Under the pieces are notes generated by a model, which was given only the letters and a program-made list of their open reading frames with translations, was not told where the DNA came from and ran no database searches. A DNA stretch of 64,000 nucleotides from an uncultured virus (IMG/VR IMGVR_UViG_3300043105_000059) (lineage: Duplodnaviria > Heunggongvirae > Uroviricota > Caudoviricetes), in the IMG/VR virus record IMGVR_UViG_3300043105_000059; one strand, written 5' to 3'. The position numbers and the translations under genes are program-made. This document shows, piece by piece, positions 40,501-48,906 of this stretch (position 1 is the first letter of the stretch; every line of letters begins with the position of its first letter).

Positions 40501-42567
40501 GATGACCTAGAATTAGCTATTATGCAGGATCCATATAAATATCTCCGAGTACCATTAACTGAGGGTACTAATGCTTCTAAAGTTGCATATAAAGGTATGT
40601 GGGAAACCATTAAGGAGAAGTTTAAAAACCTTATCCCTACAAAACTTAATATGCAAAGAATGTTTAAAGGTTTGCTGGTGGATGAAACTTTATTGGATAA
40701 CGAGGATGTTCGTAATAAGTATCAAAATAAGGATGCGGAACTTTGGGAAATGAATACTGCATTTGATGCTGGTGAAACTGAATAGGCTAGAAAATCCATG
40801 TTAGCTAATTATGGTAAGAATTATTTTGAGCATAATCTAGAATTACTTACCATGAAACATGCTTATGCTTATACATTAAAGAATAATATTAATAAAATAT
40901 TTCCACTATTTAAAGCATGTGCTTTACAACTAGAAATGGGTGGTGCTATAATGAATACTCGTTTCGCAGAAGACATTTAGTACTTACATGACTTTATTAC
41001 TAATAAAGTACTTAATATGTCTATCTAGGATCCTAAATGGAGAACTGCTTAGTACGTATGTGGTAACTTAATGTCTGGAGCTTCTAAACTAGCATTAGCT
41101 TTTAACCCAAAACAATTTTATCAAGCTATTGATGGTTTATGGAAAGATATTTCTTTAGTGATAAGACAAAATGAATACGATCAAGCTTTCAGTCAGTAGA
41201 ATATGAAAGATTCTTTCTGGTGGGTTTACAGAGATTTAACCCATAATTGGGGTGACGGTAAATCATTGGCTTAGGTTCTTAATGAATAGTATGGTATTAA
41301 TGATATGGATATGAATTCCTACATTGATAAAACTAAACCTAATCAATTTGGTATCTTTAATTTGGATAATGTAATGTTCCATTTCGCGTCACGTCCAGAC
41401 TTCTATAATAGAATGACTATTTTTGGAGCTCAGATGAGACATGATGGTTGCTTTGAAGCACACGACGAAGACGGTACATATCATTGGGAAAAAGACTTGC
41501 GCTATAATATCTATGCTAAATATTGTAAGGATGAAAGTGCTGTCCCAGCTTCTTTAAAAGCTGAATATAATAAGCAGAAAGCTCGTTATAAAGCTGCGGC
41601 TACACAATTTCAAGCAGAGGGTGCTAAATTTAAGAATTCTGATGGTGAAATGGAGGATTTTGTTGTAGACCTCTCTAATCCAAAGCCATTACCTAGAGCG
41701 TACACAGTTAAAGAAGCTGAAAGTATTAAATCTTTAGCAGATTTAATTTATGGATATTATTCTCATGAAAAGAAATCTATGATTCAATCAACGACTGCTG
41801 GAGCTTTATTTATGCAAATGAATACATTCTGGTCTTCTAAGAAAAACTAGTGGTTTTTACCAGGAGGAGTACGTATGTAGGGTACATATGAACATTATTC
41901 TGAAACTTAGGAAGATGGAACTAAAAAGTATTATTACCAAGATGAGAATGGTAATATTACAGATTAGGAAACGGATACACCATTCATGGTTTGGAAGGGT
42001 CGTTATTAGGAAGGAATCATGGTAACATTAGCTAATATTTTTAATGATACTTTCTATGGTGATGAAACTGGTAAGAAAGGCTTAGGTAATGCTATTGATA
42101 AGTATTGGAACGCAACTGATGAAAACCTTCGTAATGCTTATAGAAATAATTTAAAGTAGTTACTATATGATTTATTAATGTTTCTATTCTTAGGAATGCT
42201 TATTGCACCTGCTTTAGAGAATGCTGCGAAAGCTCATGCTAAAGAAGTGGGTAATGGTGACTTAGGTGATGCTATGATAAATAATGCTACGGTGAATTTA
42301 ACTTCTATGTTATCTACATCTACAGATGATTTTAACGCACTTAAATCTATTTTTGGTAGAGGTGTACAATGGACACCATTCTCTATATCTACACTTACAA
42401 ACTCTTATTAGAGAGTAAGTTCAGCTGTATCAGGTAATAGTGATTGGTATGATGCTATTGTTAAAATGTCCGCAGCAGGAAGAACATAGGAGAATATGTT
42501 TGATTACATAAAAATAAATACACTCGGTCGAAAGATTGGAGACAATGGAGTAGTAAAAGAGGATTGA
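37600..42567 (+). CDS. Large virion protein, about 1655 aa (TAG=Gln), with an N-proximal PD-(D/E)xK (RecB-like) nuclease domain
   Basis: GTGVH (38149), ETAI, GNVDL (38509), IIDYKTS (DYK at 38560) and QLATY (38626, Q encoded by TAG). Ends at TGA 42565-42567. Confidence 0.85.
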
Positions 42568-42617
42568 AAAAAAAATGGGCGACAACTTAGGAAAAATCCT
42601 AAGCTGCCGCCCATTTT
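42567..42617 (-). terminator. Rho-independent terminator between the converging arms (best on the - strand, possibly bidirectional)
   Basis: On the - strand AAAATGGGCGGCAGCTTAGGA-TTTT-TCCTAAGTTGTCGCCCATTTT is fully paired with two G-U pairs and followed by further Ts. On the + strand those two positions are A-C mismatches. Confidence 0.85.
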
Positions 42618-42628
42618 AATATTTAAAA

Positions 42629-43246
42629 TTACGTTAACAAGTCAAAGTTGTTAATCAAGTCATTTCTTAATAGAAATTTATCTAATTTAGAAATGCTTGC
42701 ATTTAATTCTGTTGCTTTTACAGAAAGATCCTCTAAAGAACCATCATTTTTTACAATAAATGAAAAACCTTTATAATCATCTAATTCAGTTTCACTTGTA
42801 TGTTTTTGCTCACTCTCGGAACCGTCTGAAAAATCGCGATTAACCCGGATTACAAGCCCACCAGCCGATTCAATTCCTTCGACCTCACTCTTGTACCTTA
42901 CGTCAGAAATAAAGGCTATATCAGGCTGCTGTGAAGCAATTTCTCCAAACAGCCTTTTAACCCAAAAATTAGTTCCAAAAGTTTCTCTAAATGCTGTTCC
43001 AACCTTTTGTAACAACACTCGATTAGTAGCGTCCCAAAAAAGATTAAAAGACTTTTTAAATTCTCTACTATCGAATAAACTAGGCTCCACTCCAAAAGCT
43101 TCGCCCGCAATGTTCTTTAAGACTCTAGCAAAACTATACTTCTTACATATTATTTCAGGGTGAGTCACTGAAAAGGTTCCTATTAACATATCAGCAAGAG
43201 TATCCTTACCTGCATTCATTTTTCCAGAAATACCTATAATCAACAT
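42629..43246 (-). CDS. Deoxynucleoside monophosphate kinase (T4 gp1-like)
   Basis: IIGISGKMNAGKDT P-loop, plus RVLLQKVGT, ISDVRY and HTSETELD motifs. Confidence 0.85.
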   Translation of the reverse strand: MLIIGISGKMNAGKDTLADMLIGTFSVTHPEIICKKYSFARVLKNIAGEAFGVEPSLFDSREFKKSFNLFWDATNRVLLQKVGTAFRETFGTNFWVKRLFGEIASQQPDIAFISDVRYKSEVEGIESAGGLVIRVNRDFSDGSESEQKHTSETELDDYKGFSFIVKNDGSLEDLSVKATELNASISKLDKFLLRNDLINNFDLLT

Positions 43247-43485
43247 TTAATTTCCATTTTCTGTTGTAAAGCTATATTATCTCCGATACTTTGAGGTTTT
43301 ATATCTTTAAATGATTGAGGATTGAGATTCCAATCTGGCGTTTCTGTAGGTAAAGAATAACCAGCATCCTGAATATCTATAATCAAGTCAACTGCTTCTA
43401 AAGCAGCCTCTTTATTTCCTTCAAAGAGGATAGTACTAAGCAATTCCCTAACCTTAGCAATTACTTCTTTTTTAGTAAATAACAT
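43240..43485 (-). CDS. Hypothetical protein
   Basis: ORF tightly packed in the - strand operon. Confidence 0.65.
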   Translation of the reverse strand: MLFTKKEVIAKVRELLSTILFEGNKEAALEAVDLIIDIQDAGYSLPTETPDWNLNPQSFKDIKPQSIGDNIALQQKMEIKC

Positions 43486-43487
43486 AA

Positions 43488-43670
43488 TTAAAATGAGTCT
43501 ATATCAGTTATATCATAATCTTTATCTTCATCCACAGAAGCTGTAGTAACAGCTCCTACCCCAGGTAGCAATTTATCGGATACAGTAATACCTTTATCAG
43601 GAAACTGCCTATGAAGCTTAATAATTGCATCCAATTGTGCTACCGTTAAATAAATTTTACTTTCCATCAA
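43488..43670 (-). CDS. Hypothetical protein
   Basis: ORF in operon, abutting its neighbours. Confidence 0.6.
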   Translation of the reverse strand: MMESKIYLTVAQLDAIIKLHRQFPDKGITVSDKLLPGVGAVTTASVDEDKDYDITDIDSF

Positions 43671-44061
43671 TTAATTCACCTAGTTTTTTACATACATAAT
43701 TAAGCATAGTTTCATCAGTAAGTCTGTTGATAGCACTGTCATTATCAACAACTTCTTGGAGGATGTCTTCAATACCTTTAATTATTTCTTTTAAGTTTGG
43801 TTCATCTACAAAAGATTCTTTATAATTAACCTTTTGACTAAAATCCCCAATTATTCTTTTTAAGTCAGATATACCATCAATCGACCAGTGACCTCCTTCT
43901 GGCAAACTTATTCTTATAAAAGGAGATACTCCGTTATTTTCAGTTTCTAATTGAATGGTTTGCCAATTATCATCATCCTCACAGCAATCCCCCGGTTGGG
44001 TATATTGAGCTATTACTTTTTCAACCTCTACACCTTCATACTTATTCTGAAAATCAATCAT
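43657..44061 (-). CDS. Hypothetical protein
   Basis: 134-aa ORF in operon. Confidence 0.7.
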   Translation of the reverse strand: MIDFQNKYEGVEVEKVIAQYTQPGDCCEDDDNWQTIQLETENNGVSPFIRISLPEGGHWSIDGISDLKRIIGDFSQKVNYKESFVDEPNLKEIIKGIEDILQEVVDNDSAINRLTDETMLNYVCKKLGELIDGK

Positions 44062-44065
44062 ATTC

Positions 44066-44245
44066 TTAAATTATTTTATGTTTTTGTAACCATGAAACTC
44101 TTGCAAAGTAAGCTTTGTTACCATACTCACTTTGTAATATTGAACTATCTATAAAGAAACAATTCTCCAAGAAACCTTCTTTAGTCATTAATATTCCTTT
44201 TGGGTCATTAACAGGAACAAATAGATCGCAATTATTCAAATTCAT
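44066..44245 (-). CDS. Hypothetical protein, 59 aa (not in ORF track)
   Basis: MNLNNCDLFVPVNDPKG...WLQKHKII* fills the gap between two genes. Confidence 0.55.
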   Translation of the reverse strand: MNLNNCDLFVPVNDPKGILMTKEGFLENCFFIDSSILQSEYGNKAYFARVSWLQKHKII

Positions 44246-44297
44246 TTTTCGTCTTATTAGATTATTGTAGTAGTATAAAGAATATTTATCTAAAACC

Positions 44298-44948
44298 TCA
44301 ACATTCGTGCCAAGCTCTTAAGAAATCTTCTCTAGATATTCTTTCCACGTGTCCTAGATAATCCCGTACACTACATATATTATTTATAGTGAGTTGTTCA
44401 AATTCGGGAGTAATAACTTTCACCAATCGTTCGTATTCTTTGCAATCGTAATCAAACTTTTGAATATAAAGTCTATACTTTTCAAACTTTGGTAAATAGG
44501 GTAAAGTGATTGGAAAGTTTTCATCTAACCAATCCAAGAAAATTAAGTTTACAGATTCTTCTGTTTCAGATACTGTATTTATACCAATAGCTCTTTTAAA
44601 ATCTTTATATACCGTAGTACCATCCTCGCAGTTACATTTAATTATGGGATAATCTCTATTGCAGGGAGTTTCAAATATTACACCATCTATATTGGATTTG
44701 ACTTTAAGATCATCATAAAAGTCTTCTGCTGTAATAGGACTTAATGGTAAATGCAGTAAGAGTCGCCGGAATATATTAGCCATTCTAACTTTTGTAAAAC
44801 TAGAAGGGCCGATTATAAAGTTATCGGTTAGTTCTTCATACGCGTTTAAAACCATTTTATAAATATCTTCTGCATGTACATCAGCTGTTTTATTATATGT
44901 AATAGCTTTAATTACCTCTAATTCTGCCCATTGCTTATTAGTATCCAT
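44298..44948 (-). CDS. Hypothetical protein
   Basis: 216-aa ORF in operon. Confidence 0.7.
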   Translation of the reverse strand: MDTNKQWAELEVIKAITYNKTADVHAEDIYKMVLNAYEELTDNFIIGPSSFTKVRMANIFRRLLLHLPLSPITAEDFYDDLKVKSNIDGVIFETPCNRDYPIIKCNCEDGTTVYKDFKRAIGINTVSETEESVNLIFLDWLDENFPITLPYLPKFEKYRLYIQKFDYDCKEYERLVKVITPEFEQLTINNICSVRDYLGHVERISREDFLRAWHEC

Positions 44949-45480
44949 TTTCAGTCTCTATATTTTTTACATTATTAAATATAATATCTTCTCTAGTCCA
45001 GTATTTAGGAATTTTTTGAAGTCTTTCTACATTATACCATAAATAGAGTACTTGACCCTCTCCAATTTCATTCCAAGCGGTTTCAATTTGTACCGAGTTA
45101 GATTCAGAATCTACTTTAGTAACTTTACCTATGTAATCAAACGTATCACTACTATGTATAGGTTTTACAATTACAGTATCATCAACCCTAATTTTAGTAC
45201 GATCTAGAATTTCATTTTCTAAATGTAATTCAAAATCTTTATACCATTCATGTAAAATAGCTTCATAAGGAGAGTCTTTGTAACCAATTTTTTCTATAAA
45301 TGATAAGACACTACGTTTGAATCCAGAACTCTCCTCAACATAAAATATAGTAGGGTTATTAATAAGTACGGATAAAATATTCCTACTAAAAAATAAACCA
45401 TTCTTTATGTAGAAGAAAAGTGAGTTTCCCCAGCGTTCAAAATCTATTTCGTAATTATGATTATTAATTGTATATTTCAT
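44938..45480 (-). CDS. Hypothetical protein, C-terminal part possibly KOW/SH3-like
   Basis: Start reassigned to the ATG at 45480, which forms an ATGA overlap with the upstream small gene. Confidence 0.65.
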   Translation of the reverse strand: MKYTINNHNYEIDFERWGNSLFFYIKNGLFFSRNILSVLINNPTIFYVEESSGFKRSVLSFIEKIGYKDSPYEAILHEWYKDFELHLENEILDRTKIRVDDTVIVKPIHSSDTFDYIGKVTKVDSESNSVQIETAWNEIGEGQVLYLWYNVERLQKIPKYWTREDIIFNNVKNIETENGY

Positions 45481-45635
45481 ACTATGCACATTAAAATTAT
45501 TAAAGTCCAAAATAAAACTAATATTGTAGCTAAAGTTACTGTAGACTGGAGATATTCTCCTTTATATATACTATACAGAAGATCTCCAGTCATAAGTAAA
45601 GCCACAACTATATATCCAGATAAAAGTCCTATCAT
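45477..45635 (-). CDS. Small membrane protein, 52 aa (not in ORF track)
   Basis: MIGLLSGYIVVALLMTGDLLYSIYKGEYLQSTVTLATILVLFWTLIILMCIV*, with ATGA overlaps at both ends. Confidence 0.7.
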   Translation of the reverse strand: MIGLLSGYIVVALLMTGDLLYSIYKGEYLQSTVTLATILVLFWTLIILMCIV

Positions 45636-45796
45636 ACTAAGAATTTAGCTAGAATACATTCCAAGCATCCCCAGAATACAACTCCCCAATTTATAAATAA
45701 GAATAATACTAAAATTGCACTATCTCTAATAGATAATATTAGCATTGCTGCAGTGCCTAATAGTATTGACATTATTATAAGTGCTACAAATACCAT
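45632..45796 (-). CDS. Small membrane protein, 54 aa (not in ORF track)
   Basis: MVFVALIIMSILLGTAAMLILSIRDSAILVLFLFINWGVVFWGCLECILAKFLV*, with an ATGA overlap downstream. Confidence 0.7.
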   Translation of the reverse strand: MVFVALIIMSILLGTAAMLILSIRDSAILVLFLFINWGVVFWGCLECILAKFLV

Positions 45797-45802
45797 AGTC
45801 TT

Positions 45803-46414
45803 TTATTTTATTGGAGATGCAGTTCTGTTACCTACACAATCATCACAGTATGGGGAGATCCAACCTTTAGTTATCCATTTAGCAGGTTTACCACACAAAA
45901 CACAAGTTCTAGAAGATATATCTTCATATTTCTCTACAACTTCATCAGTACCTTTGGTACCATTCACATCATACCATCTAAGATAACCAAACTTCTCTTT
46001 AATTTGCGATATTCTGTATTTAAATAATCCAGAATACCCTGCATCTTTAATTAAGGCTTCTTTAATTTCTTTACAGATTTCCAAACCAAAGGCTTTTCTC
46101 CATCCTGTGTCGAGTGCGTCCAGTTCAGTGTAAGAAGGTAAGCAGTGGAAGGTTTGTAGTGGATAATCATGGATCCATTCTAATACTTTTGCATAATAAT
46201 ATTTGGGTTTATTCGTAACCAATTTTCTGAAAGGATCTGTTGCGTTTCCAAATTCACCAACCCATTTTGTAGAATCCTTATATAATCTTTTGATGTATTG
46301 TTGCATCTTATAAGAATACCAATGAGTTCCAGTAAAACGATTCCTAGGGTAAAGGAAAGGAAACCGAATACACAATATAATATTGTCAACATAAGTCTTA
46401 AATTTAGTTTTCAT
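45803..46414 (-). CDS. Phage protein with QIKEKFGxLR motif and C-terminal CxxC-CxxC zinc ribbon
   Basis: QIKEKFGYLRWY and CVLCGKP...PYCDDC. Start placed at the ATGA overlap at 46414. Confidence 0.7.
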   Translation of the reverse strand: MKTKFKTYVDNIILCIRFPFLYPRNRFTGTHWYSYKMQQYIKRLYKDSTKWVGEFGNATDPFRKLVTNKPKYYYAKVLEWIHDYPLQTFHCLPSYTELDALDTGWRKAFGLEICKEIKEALIKDAGYSGLFKYRISQIKEKFGYLRWYDVNGTKGTDEVVEKYEDISSRTCVLCGKPAKWITKGWISPYCDDCVGNRTASPIK

Positions 46415-46611
46415 CTTAGATAATGTATTAAAAATAATAGTATTGCTTCTAGCATAGCTAAAACACATAAATTTTGATGTTTCTTACAAAAACCTAATGC
46501 TTTACCTTGTATTAGCAATACAATAACTATAAGTAAATTAATTACTAAATCAATAATATTTAAAAATATAGTATCAAACAGTAAAACCTTACTACCGTAA
46601 GTTATGACCAT
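46411..46611 (-). CDS. Small membrane protein
   Basis: Two hydrophobic stretches and an ATGA overlap with the downstream gene. Start uncertain. Confidence 0.55.
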   Translation of the reverse strand: MVITYGSKVLLFDTIFLNIIDLVINLLIVIVLLIQGKALGFCKKHQNLCVLAMLEAILLFLIHYLR

Positions 46612-46651
46612 TGTTATAGGCCCAAACTTTACGGATAGTAAGGTTAATTTT

Positions 46652-46864
46652 TTAGTCAGAATCGTTGGGATCTTCACGGTTATTAAAAACTATTTTATCC
46701 ATAAATTCTTTTTGTTGTTTGATGGTTTCTTTTAAATCTTTTATTGTAGTATCTTGTTTAACCATAGGATTTATTAATTGTTCCAAATGGTAAATAATTT
46801 CCGGATTAGTTTGAGCTATTATTCCCAGTTTCTGGAACAAACTGTTGAGCGGTAGCGTATCCAT
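46652..46864 (-). CDS. Hypothetical protein (short coiled coil)
   Basis: MDTLPLNSLFQKLG...; overlaps the thyX 3' end. Start uncertain. Confidence 0.45.
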   Translation of the reverse strand: MDTLPLNSLFQKLGIIAQTNPEIIYHLEQLINPMVKQDTTIKDLKETIKQQKEFMDKIVFNNREDPNDSD

Positions 46865-47738
46865 ATTTAATAAGATAATCCTTAATTTGTTTTGCAAGAA
46901 TCTGAGCTTCTGGATGTGGTTTATTACCTTTACTAGGATATGCTCTAAGATTACAGAAGTGAATCCAGTCAGATATAAAAGCTGTATGATACAATTCAGT
47001 TTTAGTATCTAATGGAAGTATTTCTCTAGCCTCTTCTGGTTTAGCTCCTAGTTCAATTAAATGTTCGTAAGCTAAATTAGCAGCACAATTAGCAAAGTAA
47101 AACCAATCCACTTTAGATAATTTACGACTACCAGTAAGAAGTATATCAAAATACTCAAGTAGATTACACTCTTGCTCTGTAACCCATAAAGGTTTGTAGA
47201 TATTTAGAGCACTCTCAGATCCAGATTTAGCATAATTACAGAATCTGGTAGACTCTTCCATAATTGAATTCTTTCTATGTCTATTATATTCTCTAGAAAT
47301 ACTTATAGAAGTAGTAAAATGAAATGTAAGTCTTTTTTCAAAGTCTTCTGTAGGCTGTTCTACTAAATATTTAGACCACTCAGACCAAGGAATTCTATTC
47401 TCTTGCAATACTCTTAGATTAGTTGTAACTAACTTATACATACGATATGTACCCTGTTCATACCAATCTACAACCTTTGTATATGGATTACCAAGAATAT
47501 CTATAATAGATCCAGTTAAGGACTGCAATGGTATCTTTAAATATACAGTTCCATGTTCTAACGGCGAATAATGTCCAGAATTTATAAGATGTTCTACAAA
47601 GGGTTTAGCTGATGTTTCAGTAATTTTATCACCACTATTCCAACAACACCTTCCTACACGTTCAATCTGTTTATAAATACCATTCTCTCCTAAATCCTGA
47701 TAAACTACTTCTAATTTTGGTTCAATTAATTTAATCAT
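46806..47738 (-). CDS. thyX: Flavin-dependent thymidylate synthase
   Basis: GHYSPLEH, SREYNRHRKNSIMEESTRFCNY (RHRxxSxxxxSxR), AREILP and FCNLR motifs. Confidence 0.92.
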   Translation of the reverse strand: MIKLIEPKLEVVYQDLGENGIYKQIERVGRCCWNSGDKITETSAKPFVEHLINSGHYSPLEHGTVYLKIPLQSLTGSIIDILGNPYTKVVDWYEQGTYRMYKLVTTNLRVLQENRIPWSEWSKYLVEQPTEDFEKRLTFHFTTSISISREYNRHRKNSIMEESTRFCNYAKSGSESALNIYKPLWVTEQECNLLEYFDILLTGSRKLSKVDWFYFANCAANLAYEHLIELGAKPEEAREILPLDTKTELYHTAFISDWIHFCNLRAYPSKGNKPHPEAQILAKQIKDYLIKYGYATAQQFVPETGNNSSN

Positions 47739-47742
47739 ACGT

Positions 47743-47928
47743 CTAATAAGTATATTTAGTTTTTGCTAAAATCCAACCCTCAGCATCAGGAAGATCTGAT
47801 TGCCTTAGAATTTCATCTACAGTAAAATTATTTGCTTTAATAGAATCTTTTACAGTGGATTCTGTCCAATCCACCGTAAAAGTTTTCCGTAAAGTCATTT
47901 CTATAGTTACCTCTATTGGATTTTTCAT
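47743..47928 (-). CDS. Hypothetical protein ending in a TAG stop
   Basis: MKNPIEVTIEM...; the TAG stop lies 4 nt before the thyX ATG. Confidence 0.6.
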   Translation of the reverse strand: MKNPIEVTIEMTLRKTFTVDWTESTVKDSIKANNFTVDEILRQSDLPDAEGWILAKTKYTY

Positions 47929-47972
47929 AGTAATTATAAACTTAGAAATGTTAAAACACAAGTTAATAAATA

Positions 47973-48275
47973 TTAATCTGAAACACTTTCTTGTAGAAGT
48001 TCTGCCACTACATCAATATTGTTCATGATTTGCCAAAATATATCAACTTTTTCAGATTCAGTTTGTGAAGGCCAATCAGATAATACTATTTCGTATTCAC
48101 AACGTGACCACCATTGATAACGAGCATGTCTTTCCACAAAAAGTTTAAAATCATCAAGAGTTCTTGGCTTATCACCCTCTTCTTTATAACATTTTACTAA
48201 ATAAGGTATTACGTTATAAGTTTCAAACTTCTTATGATTTATATTATAAATAATTGTATTAAATGTTCTTTTCAT
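47973..48275 (-). CDS. Hypothetical protein
   Basis: 100-aa ORF containing YQWWSRCEYEI. Confidence 0.7.
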   Translation of the reverse strand: MKRTFNTIIYNINHKKFETYNVIPYLVKCYKEEGDKPRTLDDFKLFVERHARYQWWSRCEYEIVLSDWPSQTESEKVDIFWQIMNNIDVVAELLQESVSD

Positions 48276-48276
48276 A

Positions 48277-48654
48277 TTATTCCGAATAATTTTCTAAATT
48301 ACAACAAACATCATCAACAGTCCAACCAGAACAATCTTTTAACATAAGTTCTTTTTGAGAATCTGTAAGATACTTTTTCTCCTTTAAGTCTTTAGCTAAT
48401 TCATGTGGTAATTCTATCTGCTCTTGCACTAGCTCTTGCAGGTCACAATCATCGAAGTTATAACTCTTATAACAAGTACCATCTTCGTAGTCTTCCTCTA
48501 CATCAACTGCATAATCTGTAGTATATACCTTAACAGTTTTACTAATAGTTAAAGACACTGTGACCTCAAGTTCTATTTCAGGTTGCTCATGCCAATTATA
48601 AGGAGCATCAGGGTCATTCCACGCCCCTGCAGGATAATAATCAGATTCTTTCAT
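48277..48654 (-). CDS. Hypothetical acidic protein
   Basis: MKESDYYPAGAWNDPDAPYN...; start reassigned to the ATGA overlap at 48654. Confidence 0.7.
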   Translation of the reverse strand: MKESDYYPAGAWNDPDAPYNWHEQPEIELEVTVSLTISKTVKVYTTDYAVDVEEDYEDGTCYKSYNFDDCDLQELVQEQIELPHELAKDLKEKKYLTDSQKELMLKDCSGWTVDDVCCNLENYSE

Positions 48655-48809
48655 ATTAAATTTAGAAGTTTTAGTAACTGGTGTAATGTTATAAGTATTA
48701 ACACAAATATTAAGTAATCTCCAGAATGTTTTTTCCATCTATCTTCATCGTAGAGACTAAAATATATAGCACTACAACATATTATAATATATGTAATTAA
48801 CGTTATCAT
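48651..48809 (-). CDS. Small membrane protein, 52 aa (not in ORF track)
   Basis: MITLITYIIICCSAIYFSLYDEDRWKKHSGDYLIFVLILITLHQLLKLLNLI*, with ATGA overlaps at both ends. Confidence 0.7.
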   Translation of the reverse strand: MITLITYIIICCSAIYFSLYDEDRWKKHSGDYLIFVLILITLHQLLKLLNLI

Positions 48810-48895
48810 AATTTTATTTTATAATATGCCCACACTAACAAAGCAATTGGTGTTGTAAATACCCCTAATAAAAATCCTACTATAAATCCTACCAT
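48806..48895 (-). CDS. Single-pass membrane peptide, 29 aa (not in ORF track)
   Basis: MVGFIVGFLLGVFTTPIALLVWAYYKIKL*; starts 11 nt after the polA stop and has an ATGA overlap downstream. Confidence 0.6.
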   Translation of the reverse strand: MVGFIVGFLLGVFTTPIALLVWAYYKIKL

Positions 48896-48906
48896 ATTTA
48901 AAGTAA

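Noticed and set aside
1132..42411. Dozens of short + strand ORFs read as separate genes, pseudogenes or sequencing errors
   Set aside because: They share frames, break only at TAG and join into motif-complete proteins; decay would also give TAA/TGA and frameshifts.
12974..42567. TGA recoding in addition to TAG
   Set aside because: In-frame TGA was seen only at gene ends (an ATGA overlap at 12973-12976 and just before the terminator at 42565-42567).
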